Of a DNA stretch of 49,724 bases, positions 19,999 through 29,340 are shown piece by piece. The stretch covers positions 1 through 49,724 of the forward strand of contig CBDCDZ010000002.1 in assembly GCA_965215565.1 (NCBI GenBank). Reading direction: 5' to 3'. Under the pieces are notes generated by a model. It saw only the letters and a program-made list of their open reading frames with translations. It did not search any database and was not told the origin of the DNA. The stretch's first letter is position 1. The number at the start of each line of letters is the position of its first letter. The stretch comes from Trueperaceae bacterium (GTDB taxonomy: Bacteria; Deinococcota; Deinococci; Deinococcales; Trueperaceae). A program made the position numbers and the translations under genes.

Positions 19999-20676
19999 AT
20001 GGAACGGGAAGATTTTAAAAAGGAATGGGTGTACGTCACCCACCCCGAAGCGGCCAGAGTTCTGTCCGAGGAAGACAAGCTGCGCTTCCTGGAGCCGTTC
20101 ATCCGGCGCGAGCACTCCTTAACTAGCGCGGCCAGAGAGCTCTCCACAAGCCCCAGCGCGATGCTTTATCAGGTCAAGAAGCTCCTGCGTCTGGGGCTTT
20201 TGGGGGTCGCCCGGACGGAGCCCAGGAGAGGGCGCGCCGTCAAATACTACCGCGCGACCTCCGAGCGGTTCTTCGTCCCCTTCGAGGCGACGAGCGCCGG
20301 GACCGTGTTCGACCTGCTCTACAAGACCGAGGAGCGGCGGCTCGGGATGTTTTTAAGAAGCTACCTCCGCGCGAACGCTCACACGCCGGAGCCCTGGGGC
20401 GTAGGCGTGTTCCTTACGCCCGAGGGGCGCGTGGGCACGAGCGTAGCCACAGCGCACGACCACGACCCCGGGCGGCTCGTCCGCATGATGCTTGAAGAGG
20501 ACGCTCCCGCGGTGTGGATGAGCTGGTCGACCCTGCGGCTGGACTTCGAGGGAGCGAAGGCGCTGCAGCGCGACCTGGCAAAGCTCTTCGAATTCTATAA
20601 AACGCGCGGCCAGGGGGAGGAGCAGACGTACCTTTTGCACCTCGAGCTGAGCCCCGCTTTTCTGGAGGAGGTTTAG
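19999..20676 (+). CDS. Winged-helix (ArsR-like) transcriptional regulator, leaderless
   Basis: FLEPF...SLTSAAREL...YQVKKLLRLGLL...GRAVKYY; C-terminal W..LRLDFEGAKAL. TAAGCT lies 7 nt upstream of the ATG. Confidence 0.8.
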   Translation: MEREDFKKEWVYVTHPEAARVLSEEDKLRFLEPFIRREHSLTSAARELSTSPSAMLYQVKKLLRLGLLGVARTEPRRGRAVKYYRATSERFFVPFEATSAGTVFDLLYKTEERRLGMFLRSYLRANAHTPEPWGVGVFLTPEGRVGTSVATAHDHDPGRLVRMMLEEDAPAVWMSWSTLRLDFEGAKALQRDLAKLFEFYKTRGQGEEQTYLLHLELSPAFLEEV

Positions 20677-20708
20677 GCGCGTTGGGTTCGAGCTGAGGAT
20701 GGCTTGGT

Positions 20709-21212
20709 TCAAAAATCAACCGGCAGCGACTCCAAGCCCCGCACCACAAAGGTCGGCCGCCAGCGCAGTTTGTCGGCGGGGAAGCTCAGGCGAAGCCCAG
20801 GCAGTTTGCGTAACAGCGTCGGCAGGGCAATCTGCCCCTCGAGCCGTGCCAACGGCGCGCCCAAACAGTAGTGAACGCCCTGCCCAAAGGCCAGATGCCG
20901 GTTGGGCTCTCGGTTGAGGTCAAGCCGCTCCGGATGAGCAAACTGCGCCTCATCCCGGTTGGCCGAGGCGAGCACCGCCAGCACCAGTTCGCCTTTGGGA
21001 ATGGTGACGCCGTGGAGCGTTACGTCTTCGCGGGCGAAACGCTCCGTGGCGGTCTCGACCGGACTGGTGTAGCGCAGAAGCTCCTCAATGGCCGTTTTAA
21101 TGGTGCTGAAGTCGCGCCTAAGATGCTCGAGCCCTTCAGGATGTTCCAGTAGAGCGAGCGTCCCGGACGCGATAAGGTTAACCGTCGTCTCGTGCCCGGC
21201 GATGAGCAGCAC
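20709..21212 (-). pseudogene. Cytochrome P450 C-terminal half (5' part missing)
   Basis: AGHETT, EELLRY, SANRD, HLAFGQGVHYCLGAPLARLE. Sequence upstream of LLIAG is not P450-like. Confidence 0.9.
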
Positions 21213-21416
21213 TCTGGTCCTCGGCTGAGGTGACGGCGTGCAGCGCGGGCGGGGGGTCCATGCCACAGTGTAAGGCGGGCCGCGGCTTGAGCGAAACCGA
21301 GTAGGTGTAAAGAGCGCCAAAGCTGTTGCGATGTCCCTGCGGGCTCTCAAGATAAACCTGACCGAAAGAAGAGAAGAACTTGGGCGGCAGGTGGCGCTAT
21401 ATAAGAGACGCGCGCG

Positions 21417-22703
21417 TCAACTGCGTAAGCCTGTCGCTTGTATGAGTCGCCTCTCAAGGCTACGCACACCTGGCAGGGCTAAACCGACAGCCACCACCAA
21501 AACTCCCGCCAAGGTCGTCACGATGAACAAACAAATCATGCCAGCACCCGGACCCAACATAGAGACGAGCGCAGGGTACTGTCCGAGCCTATCGGCCAAC
21601 GGTCCGGCCCCGAGCATCACCAGCGGCGTCGCCCCCCGCCCCAGCGTTTGCCGCGCCCCGAACACCCTCCCTTGAACGTCGGTCGGCACATACGTTTGCC
21701 AGATGGCCTGATGCGAACTGGTCAACAGGGGCAAAAAGAAAGTGATGCAGAACGCGCCCGCCATCCAGCCCAGCGGGGTGGTGGCGAGCCCCGTCAGCCC
21801 ATAACCGAACACGGTCGTGGCGAACAGTCCAGCGAACACACCACGCATACGGTGCTTTGGCCCACCCCAAGCGCTGACCAGCAAACCACCCACCACCCCA
21901 CCCGCACCCAACGCCGCCATCACACCTCCTAAGGCAACCTCGCTTCCCCCCGAACGCGCCAGAACCAAGGGAGCTAAAAGCACCAGACCCACCGCCCCGA
22001 TGATGTTAATGAACACGTAGAGCGTGGTGAGGGTCCGCAGGGGAGGTCGCGCAGCGATGTAACGCGTCCCGTAGGTTAGCCGTGACCAGAGAGTCTGCAC
22101 CTGCGCCCCTTGAGTCTCTTTGGGGGGCTCGGGAATCTGGACAGCCAGAAGCGTCAGGAAGGCGGCGCTGAAGGTCAAGAGGTCAATGAGCAGTACGCCC
22201 CGAATCCCGACAAGCGCCAGCAGCACACCGGCAAACGCGGGCGCGAGCACATTGGCCCCGGACCCCGCAAGCGCGAGCATCCCGTTGGCGCGAGCGTAGT
22301 TTTTCTGGGTGACCATGTGCGGAACCGCGGCAGCGAAGGCGGGCGCTTGAAAGGCGCTGAAGGCCCCTGCCCAGATGGCGAGCGCGTAGAGGTGCCACAG
22401 CTCGAGCTGACCCGTTATGAAAAGCACGAGCGTGACGAGAGTGCTCACCCCGGCTCCCAAATCGCTAAGCAGCATGGTGAGCTTTTTGGGCCAGCGGTCG
22501 ATCAGGTCACCCGCCAAGGGGCCGAGCAGCACCTCGGGGACGAACCTGAAAAAGACCAGGAGCGCCAGCGCGGTGGCCTGCCCGGTTTCTTGCCAAGCCC
22601 ACACGCTCAGCGCTAGGCCGCTCATCGCGCTCCCTGCTAATGAGACGAGTTGGCCCGCGCCGATAAGGATGAAACCCGCGAGTCCTGAACGCATGTGGGT
22701 CAT
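21417..22703 (-). CDS. MFS transporter (DHA3/MefA-like efflux)
   Basis: GQLVSLAGS, GDLIDRW, FQAPA, ARANG, QGRVF; about 12 hydrophobic segments. Confidence 0.9.
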   Translation of the reverse strand: MTHMRSGLAGFILIGAGQLVSLAGSAMSGLALSVWAWQETGQATALALLVFFRFVPEVLLGPLAGDLIDRWPKKLTMLLSDLGAGVSTLVTLVLFITGQLELWHLYALAIWAGAFSAFQAPAFAAAVPHMVTQKNYARANGMLALAGSGANVLAPAFAGVLLALVGIRGVLLIDLLTFSAAFLTLLAVQIPEPPKETQGAQVQTLWSRLTYGTRYIAARPPLRTLTTLYVFINIIGAVGLVLLAPLVLARSGGSEVALGGVMAALGAGGVVGGLLVSAWGGPKHRMRGVFAGLFATTVFGYGLTGLATTPLGWMAGAFCITFFLPLLTSSHQAIWQTYVPTDVQGRVFGARQTLGRGATPLVMLGAGPLADRLGQYPALVSMLGPGAGMICLFIVTTLAGVLVVAVGLALPGVRSLERRLIQATGLRS

Positions 22704-22733
22704 AGCCACCAGCATTTGGGTAAGCTACTTCAA

Positions 22734-23426
22734 ATGGAAGACGAAAATTCGAGCGGCGAGCGAAAAGAAGTCACCAATGCGAGAGCGGCAGAGCTGCTGA
22801 CAGACTGGCGGCAGCGTCGCTTGCTGGTGCCTTTTATACCGGGACCCACGAGCATGAGCGAGGCCGCCAAGCAGCTAGGGATGAAGCTCAATGCGGTGCA
22901 TTACCGCGTCAAGCAACTTCTGGACCTGGATTTGCTCGAAGTCAAGGGGTCGGCAAAGCGTCAGGGTCGTGCGGTCAAGCTTTACGGGCTCACCGCCAAA
23001 GAGTTCTTCGTGCCGTTCGCCTCGACGCCGCATGAGACGGTCGAGGCCATGATCCGTCGGCTTAGCGTCCTAGACGAATTCCTTACGCAAGCTGTTTCGG
23101 CCCATACCTCACAAGACGAGAGATGGGGGGTACTGGTGTCGGCAGACACCTCAGATAAAGAGCAAGGTAAAGAGCGACGTTTCAACGTGAAACTCACCCC
23201 GCTCGACTCGCAGGGCGCACCGGCACCGCGCCCCCGGCAAGCGTTATTAGCTCTGTCCGCCCCTGCGGTATGGTCGGGGGAAACGCAGATGATGCTCGAC
23301 TTTGAGACGGCCAAAGACTTGCAGCGGGAACTGACAGATCTGATCGAGCGCTTTGCGAAGAAGCAGCGTGCGGGTGAGCAACGTTACTACTTTGTGCTGG
23401 GTATGGCCCCTATAAGAGAGGCGTGA
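22734..23426 (+). CDS. Winged-helix (ArsR-like) transcriptional regulator, leaderless; paralogue of 19999-20676
   Basis: LVPF...SMSEAAKQL...HYRVKQLLDLDLL...GRAVKLY...FFVPF; W...LDFETAKDLQREL. TAAGCT lies 7 nt upstream of the ATG. Confidence 0.8.
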   Translation: MEDENSSGERKEVTNARAAELLTDWRQRRLLVPFIPGPTSMSEAAKQLGMKLNAVHYRVKQLLDLDLLEVKGSAKRQGRAVKLYGLTAKEFFVPFASTPHETVEAMIRRLSVLDEFLTQAVSAHTSQDERWGVLVSADTSDKEQGKERRFNVKLTPLDSQGAPAPRPRQALLALSAPAVWSGETQMMLDFETAKDLQRELTDLIERFAKKQRAGEQRYYFVLGMAPIREA

Positions 23427-23636
23427 GGTAAAGCTGCTATGCTAGAGGCAGTAACCAGGTACCTTACGCTTGTTACTGGCCCCTTCTCAATATAAATGTG
23501 ACTCGACGAGCACTTGTCTGTTGCACAACAGATCCACCTAGAGCTGAAGTCGAGGCAATAATAAAGCCCACTCCTGCCGCAGCTCTCGCAAAGAAGAACG
23601 ACCACTGGAGCGGTCGCTGTCGCCTTAGCTTTCTTT

Positions 23637-23924
23637 CTAGCTCTTGACGCTGTCTCTGAGGCTCTTGCCAGCCTTGAACGCCGGTGCTTTTGAGGCGGCG
23701 ATGTCAAGCTTTTCCCCCGTGCTCGGGTTGACGCCCTGCCGCGCCTTTCGCTCCCGCACCTCGAAAGAGCCGAAGCCCGTGACCTGTACCTTGTCTCCTT
23801 GCCTCAGGTGCTCGGTGATGTGGTCGAACACACCGTCGACCACTGCTTTGACGTCTTTCTTGTTGAGCCCTGTTGTCTCTACCATCTTGTCGACCAAGTG
23901 CCCTTTGTTTACCGTGTCAGCCAT
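23637..23924 (-). CDS. hup: HU family DNA-binding protein
   Basis: NKGHLV, GDKVQVTGFGSFEVRERKARQGVNPSTGE, PAFKAGKSL; RBS AAGGAGG. Confidence 0.95.
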   Translation of the reverse strand: MADTVNKGHLVDKMVETTGLNKKDVKAVVDGVFDHITEHLRQGDKVQVTGFGSFEVRERKARQGVNPSTGEKLDIAASKAPAFKAGKSLRDSVKS

Positions 23925-23974
23925 TGCCACCCTCCTTCGCCGCCCAATCTAACACGGCGGTATGTCAGCGCCGC

Positions 23975-24000
23975 AAAAAAAGGGGCCGAAGCCCCTCTCT
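23975..24000 (-). terminator. Rho-independent terminator after the orphan ORF
   Basis: Minus strand reads GGGGC-TTCG-GCCCC-TTTTTTT immediately after the stop codon. Confidence 0.85.
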
Positions 24001-24600
24001 CTACTCGTTCTCCCAGCACCTCACCCGCTCGACCGCTTCCCCATCTAGGGTCAGCCAGCCCCAGCCGGTCGGGCGTGAAGAAGCCTCGAAGTGCGCGGTG
24101 GCGCTTGTGGTGCGGTACTCCTCCTCGAGCCCCACCTCGGGCAGGTTGTAAAGCGGGTCATGGTGGAAGGCTCGAGCCTCTTCCCAACTGATGTCCAAAG
24201 GGTACTGGCTAATGCGCTCCTTGTGCCCGTTGACCGTAACCTCGACGCTCTTGAATCGCTCCGGCTCCCGTTTGGGTTTGGACTCCTGCTCGGGCCGGTA
24301 GACCCGGTAGTGCGACTTCGGGCGTACCACCTTGCCCCGGCGGAGCAGCTCGTCCCCTAGCTGCATGTAGGCGTAGATGACCGCCTTGGCCGCGTAACGC
24401 TCGTCGGCCAGACACGACACCGTCACGTACTCCTTTTTGGCGTAGGCGACGGCGGCCTCCGCTAACGCCCGCTTGGTGTAGTCGTTACAGCGGAACTCCG
24501 AGCGTAAGAAGCTTAGAAAAGCCTCCTGACTTACAAGCACCGGACCCTGCTGCTCGACTGGAAGACGACTAACAAACTGGTGTACACTAAGTTTAAGCAT
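24001..24600 (-). CDS. Hypothetical protein (199 aa)
   Basis: RBS AAGGAG before ATG 24600, clean terminator after the stop, no recognisable family motif. Confidence 0.7.
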   Translation of the reverse strand: MLKLSVHQFVSRLPVEQQGPVLVSQEAFLSFLRSEFRCNDYTKRALAEAAVAYAKKEYVTVSCLADERYAAKAVIYAYMQLGDELLRRGKVVRPKSHYRVYRPEQESKPKREPERFKSVEVTVNGHKERISQYPLDISWEEARAFHHDPLYNLPEVGLEEEYRTTSATAHFEASSRPTGWGWLTLDGEAVERVRCWENE

Positions 24601-24612
24601 CTCTTTCTCCTT

Positions 24613-24872
24613 ACTAAGACCAAGGGACTGAATGCCAACCCTGTTCGTAGCAGGGTGCCCAGCGACCGCCGCTGGGTATTTTCTTTTCCTTTGTGGAAAC
24701 CAAACCCTCAGCAAACCGAGTGCAAGCCCGTAGCGAAGCGGAGCTTAGGGAGCCCTACGGGCGAAGGCTTGCGCGGGGTCGCCGTCAACATTTGCCTCCC
24801 CCGATAATGAGGAGACCAGCGGCGGTTGTTCCCCTTAGTACAGGACCTAAAGGTTCAACCCTTTGGTGGGTC
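24613..24872 (-). other. Highly structured non-coding leader (ncRNA, ssDNA promoter or ssDNA origin candidate)
   Basis: Long-range inverted repeats ACCGCCGCTGG (24665-75)/CCAGCGGCGGT (24816-26) and ACTAAG/CTTAGT (24613/24834). Local stems at 24638-56, 24658-76, 24722-72 and 24844-72. Confidence 0.5.
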
Positions 24873-25169
24873 TTCTGAATGGGCTCGAGCGCTTTTATCG
24901 GCGCGTGACTACGCGCTCCAACACAAAGCTTGAAAGGCACCAAACTGACGTCGGCTAACCAGACCAAACAAGCACTCATGCAAAAGAATTTGCGAACACG
25001 TAGTTAATTTCGGAGCGTAGCAGATTCGAGAAAAACCACAAAAACTCGCCCTCAGACAGCTTAGTAGCGTAACTAAGCCGTCACCGGACCCTCCAGGTCA
25101 GCGGGCGTGAACTCAGCATCTTTGACCGCTCTCTGAACTTCTGACGAAAGATGTGAAGAGGACGTAAGC

Positions 25170-27941
25170 CTAATCAAACAAGTCTGTTATGGCGCTGTAA
25201 CGCTCACGTACATAGCGGTTGGGGTGGTGCTCCAAACGCTCTTTCACTTCCTCGTCAAGGAGCTCCCGTGTCACCTCCACGCTCTGGGTGTCGTCGTCGG
25301 CCAGGGCGACCAGGATAGATTGGACCACGTAAGGATGGCCTTCGCGGAGCCACAGCTTGAGCCGGTCTATGATGATAGGGCGGAGAATTTCTGGCCCGCT
25401 CAAGGCATGGCGTGTGAGGGCAAGGGCGATATCACCTGTGGCCGCTACATCCCTGTCGCTCCCGTGAATTAGCAGCGCCTGAAGCAATAAGTCGGCTGCC
25501 ATGCCCTTGTCAATACAGGTGCTCGCGACTTCCACAAGCGCGCGGCTAACTTGTGTACGGTCATGGTGGTGCAGCGCGCTCAGCAGCAGCGACATCTCTT
25601 GTTGGGTGGGCTCTAGGTTGAGCGCGACTCGGAGTTGCAGGAGGCGGGCTCGGGCCTCAATATCGGAGCGGGGTGGGAAGAACCCTCTGCTACCGAAGTG
25701 GTATGCACCTTCATCCACAGCCGTCCGGCCTGCGACGGCGGCGCGTAGCGAGGCGGCATCGGCGGTGAGGTGGGGAAGGCTCTGGGTCACCGCCAGCAGC
25801 GCGTCCGCCTTATAGCTGACGTACAGGTCGGGGTTAGCCGTCGCCCCGACGAGGCGGCACAGCGCTTCCACCTGTCCGTGTGCTGGCGCCACCTCGGAAT
25901 AGGTCTTGAGCACGTAAGGCAGCGCCCGCACCTCGTGCGCTTTGAGCGCGATGCTCTTCCCGCGCTCCGCGCCGCGGAACTCGTTGACGGTTTCGTCAAC
26001 CAACTTCTCATAGCGTTCCCTGACGAACGCCGCTGCCGGGGCGTAGTGGCGGTCGAGCAGGTAGAGCCAGACCTCGGCCTCCGGGTACCGCTGTGCCCAC
26101 TCGAGAAATAAAACGCTGACCTCATCGGCCAACTGAGGGAGGCCCTCCTGCAGCCCTCTCAGCGCGTCGGTGATGCTATAGAGAAAGATTCCTTGGTTGT
26201 TCGGTTCGGTGGCGCGGGCGGCCTTGAGCACCCTCCTTCCGCTGGCGAGCTGTTCCTGGTCCCACTGGTGTCGGCTCAGCACCTTCCAGAGGTTGTAAGA
26301 GTGGTTGGGTTCGTGAGCAGCGAGCACGTCCGCCAAGCGCTCGAGCTGTTCGCCGTCCATAAGGGTTACTTTGGCGAAGGCGTCTATAAAGTAGCTTTCC
26401 GCGTAGTATTCATTTCTGATTAGCGGGTCGCCCTGGTCTCGGCTGTGCCTCTCGGCGCGCCCGACGAACTCCTCCGTCAGCCGCTGCCTGGACGCGTCCA
26501 AAAGGTATGGTGCCATCGCCTCGATAATAGTGAGTATTGAGAGTGCCTCAATGCTCTCTTGTGAGCCCTGCTTCTCGGGACGATAGTGAAAAGCAAGTTC
26601 ATCCCAGGGGAACTTGTCCGCGACCTTATGACCGTACGCCTCGAGCACGGGCTTGATGTCACTGCCCACCTCGGCACTGAGGAGGTCGCGGAAAACGTCG
26701 TTAAGCAGCGCTTCCCCTTGGTCATGCCCTTGAGCCACGACGGGGAGAGCTGCGTAAGCGAAAGCTCTCTTAACCACCCTCACGACGTGCCAGTCGCCCG
26801 AAAGGTAGGCGAGGGTCAGCGCTTCAAAGCGGCTCACCCAGGCACGGTAGACGTTATCGCTGCTCCGGAACCCTCCCGGTCGGTCCTGCAGAAGCGCGTA
26901 AGCTTCATTCGTCAGGTTCTTCAACATGTCCACGAGCGCGTCGTCGGCCATAGGGAGGGAGTGCCAGGCGGGCACGTCGAGCATCTCCTTATAGTTCTCT
27001 GCGCGCTCTTCCCAGTCGTCGACGAAAAGGTTCTCGTCAAGCTTAGTCCTGCGGCGTAGCCACTCGCGCTCGGCTCCCGAAGGAAGGCCGTCCGCTTTGT
27101 TCTTCGCCCGCCGGAAGCTCTTTTTGGCGCTGTCGAGTTCGTCGAGCTCGAGCTGGAGCGTCCCGACGAGGCGCAGCCTCGTTACCGCCCGCCCGTCCTC
27201 GAAACTTTCTGCCGGTAACGCGAGCAGACGCTCGAGCGCCTGCTTCGGGTCCCCATAGGCGGCGAGCAGGGCGAGGTCCTCGGCGGCTTCTTCGGGCGAG
27301 CGCTCCCTCTCCTCGGGCACCTCTTTAAGGAACGTAGCGAAGTCGCGGTTAATAGGGCTAAAAGCCTCTTTGAGTCGAGGGGACCAGGGGGCGAGCAGGG
27401 GGACGCCGACCTGGCGAGCGACGAGGTTGAGGTTGATATCGCGGTGCGGGATGATGGGTTCGGGTCTCCGTGTATGCTCTTCAATTCTGTCAAGGCTCGT
27501 TTGTATAGCTTTGATATCTTGTCGGCCCTGGCGTACATCATTGCGCAATATATAATCGGTTGGACTCGCTTCCCAGGAGTACCTAAAGTCGACCAAAGTG
27601 TCGATAAGCTGCCCCTCCGCTTCCTTGCTCGCGCCTGACCTCAGAACACCCAAACGACGCAATACATCTTCGTAATCGTCTGCGGTGACCGCAGCGTATA
27701 GGTCGTCCATTACGCTCGTCTGTCGGTCAAGAGATTCCACGATCCGCGCTCTCGCGTCCGCTCCCGCAGGCACGTGTTCATACACCCAAACCGCAACAAG
27801 CTCCTTAAGTGTTGCTTTTCGCTGTCGTTCACTCAGCGTCTTCCCTACTAAACTCCCTGCAAAAGCCGCGAAGCTGACAGCTTCTCCAGAACTCACTTTT
27901 ATCTCCATAGGGGTACCCAAAGTTAGATAGAATTCGCTCAA
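25170..27941 (-). CDS. Large hypothetical alpha-helical protein (TPR/HEAT-like segments)
   Basis: Uninterrupted 923-codon ORF with a TPR-like segment (LVGTLQLELDELDSAKKSFRRA) and a HEAT-like C-terminus. No Walker motif seen. Start may be ATG 27908. Confidence 0.75.
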   Translation of the reverse strand: MSEFYLTLGTPMEIKVSSGEAVSFAAFAGSLVGKTLSERQRKATLKELVAVWVYEHVPAGADARARIVESLDRQTSVMDDLYAAVTADDYEDVLRRLGVLRSGASKEAEGQLIDTLVDFRYSWEASPTDYILRNDVRQGRQDIKAIQTSLDRIEEHTRRPEPIIPHRDINLNLVARQVGVPLLAPWSPRLKEAFSPINRDFATFLKEVPEERERSPEEAAEDLALLAAYGDPKQALERLLALPAESFEDGRAVTRLRLVGTLQLELDELDSAKKSFRRAKNKADGLPSGAEREWLRRRTKLDENLFVDDWEERAENYKEMLDVPAWHSLPMADDALVDMLKNLTNEAYALLQDRPGGFRSSDNVYRAWVSRFEALTLAYLSGDWHVVRVVKRAFAYAALPVVAQGHDQGEALLNDVFRDLLSAEVGSDIKPVLEAYGHKVADKFPWDELAFHYRPEKQGSQESIEALSILTIIEAMAPYLLDASRQRLTEEFVGRAERHSRDQGDPLIRNEYYAESYFIDAFAKVTLMDGEQLERLADVLAAHEPNHSYNLWKVLSRHQWDQEQLASGRRVLKAARATEPNNQGIFLYSITDALRGLQEGLPQLADEVSVLFLEWAQRYPEAEVWLYLLDRHYAPAAAFVRERYEKLVDETVNEFRGAERGKSIALKAHEVRALPYVLKTYSEVAPAHGQVEALCRLVGATANPDLYVSYKADALLAVTQSLPHLTADAASLRAAVAGRTAVDEGAYHFGSRGFFPPRSDIEARARLLQLRVALNLEPTQQEMSLLLSALHHHDRTQVSRALVEVASTCIDKGMAADLLLQALLIHGSDRDVAATGDIALALTRHALSGPEILRPIIIDRLKLWLREGHPYVVQSILVALADDDTQSVEVTRELLDEEVKERLEHHPNRYVRERYSAITDLFD

Positions 27942-28455
27942 TTAGAAGTTTACATCAACCGCGAATGTCAATTCTGCTTATTTTTAGGTTTGGAAGAGCG
28001 TCACCCAAATTATTCCTTAAACAAACATGAAGTTAGCCGTGGCTACCTACCAATTCCCTGTCAGCGCCGACATCTATATCAACTGCCGCCCCATCTCTAA
28101 CCTTGTTACCCATTCTGAAATATGGCTTGGTTAATAGAGAACGCTCCACGCCTTACCTCGCCTGGTCTAAAACCCTCAGCGTTTAGCCACGCCGCAATTA
28201 CTTGGTAGCTGTCTCCTTTTCTTCAAGCTCTTTTACGTGGCCCACTACACGCTTGTAAGCTTGCTGCGCCGTGCCTGATTCGCTCAATCCTTTAAATTGC
28301 GTCTCCTCATTGAGGGTGCCGAGGTTACCCAGCACCATCCCCTCAACCTTTGTCGCCCCCAAAGTCTCTTTAGTGCATTTACTGATGAGTTCGGCTTGAC
28401 ACTTAGCGCTGGCTAAAGCTTTAAACTCGGACAGCACAGGGTTGCGGAGGACGAC

Positions 28456-29277
28456 ATGGCGAAGCTCGCGGTTCTAGCCATCCACGGGATCGGCACCACG
28501 GGGCGGGGCTACAGCAAAAAGCTCGAGACGCACCTGCGCCGCGCGCTCGGCAAGGCGTCAGATGAGGTGTGTTTTGTCGAGGTCGACTATCAGAAACATC
28601 TACAAGAGAATCAGGAGGGGCTCTGGGAGCGCGTCAGGCGCGGTCTCAGGTGGTCCCTGCTGCGCCGCTTCCTGCTCTTTTACTTTGGCGACGCGGCGGC
28701 GGTCCTCTATAACAGCCGCGAGCCCGACAGCGTCTACTTACAGGTCCAAAGGAGCATCTACGAGGCGGCGGCTCAGGCGTTAGGTAAGCTTGAGAGCCCG
28801 GACTGCCCGGTCGTCATCATTGCCCAGTCGCTGGGGTGTCAAATTATCTCGAGCTACCTCTGGGACGCCCAGCGTAACAAAGGGCTATGGGCGACCCGGA
28901 ACACCGAGGGTTTAGAAGGTGAAGCCCCTGACAAGAACACGTTTCTCAAGCTCACCACGACGCGCTACTTCTTAACCACGGGCTGCAACATCCCGCTCAT
29001 CGTGTCAGGGCTGACCGTAGCGGTTCCGATAGACAAACCCAACGCGCACTTTCGCTGGCTCAACTACTATGACCGAGACGACCCGCTGGGCTGGCCGCTG
29101 GCGCCGCTCTACAGCTACGAAAGTACGTCGGCGCGGCCTGAGGATGTCGTGGTGAGCGTCGGGAACATCTTCACCGGCTGGAACCCCTTGTGCCACGGGG
29201 CTTACTGGACGTCGCCGAGCTTTATCCGACCGGCGGCTGGGTTGATTCGTGAACTCCTGGGCGAGAGGCTGCCTTGA
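28456..29277 (+). CDS. Alpha/beta-hydrolase-fold protein
   Basis: AIHGIG, nucleophile elbow IAQSLG, NYYDRDDPLGWPL, HGAYW; RBS GGAGG. Confidence 0.75.
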   Translation: MAKLAVLAIHGIGTTGRGYSKKLETHLRRALGKASDEVCFVEVDYQKHLQENQEGLWERVRRGLRWSLLRRFLLFYFGDAAAVLYNSREPDSVYLQVQRSIYEAAAQALGKLESPDCPVVIIAQSLGCQIISSYLWDAQRNKGLWATRNTEGLEGEAPDKNTFLKLTTTRYFLTTGCNIPLIVSGLTVAVPIDKPNAHFRWLNYYDRDDPLGWPLAPLYSYESTSARPEDVVVSVGNIFTGWNPLCHGAYWTSPSFIRPAAGLIRELLGERLP

Positions 29278-29340
29278 TGCCTGGCACCTCCGAGGACTCT
29301 TTTGCGGTGAAAAAGTTGGAGGAAACTTCATCCGCCGCCC

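Noticed and set aside
24613..24872. Retron msr-msd or a known riboswitch class
   Set aside because: No reverse transcriptase in the window, and no consensus of TPP, cobalamin, SAM, FMN or c-di-GMP riboswitches recognised. Kept only as an unknown structured element.
28198..28437. 79-aa minus-strand ORF
   Set aside because: Plausible composition but no RBS or motif. It may be a fragment; support is insufficient.
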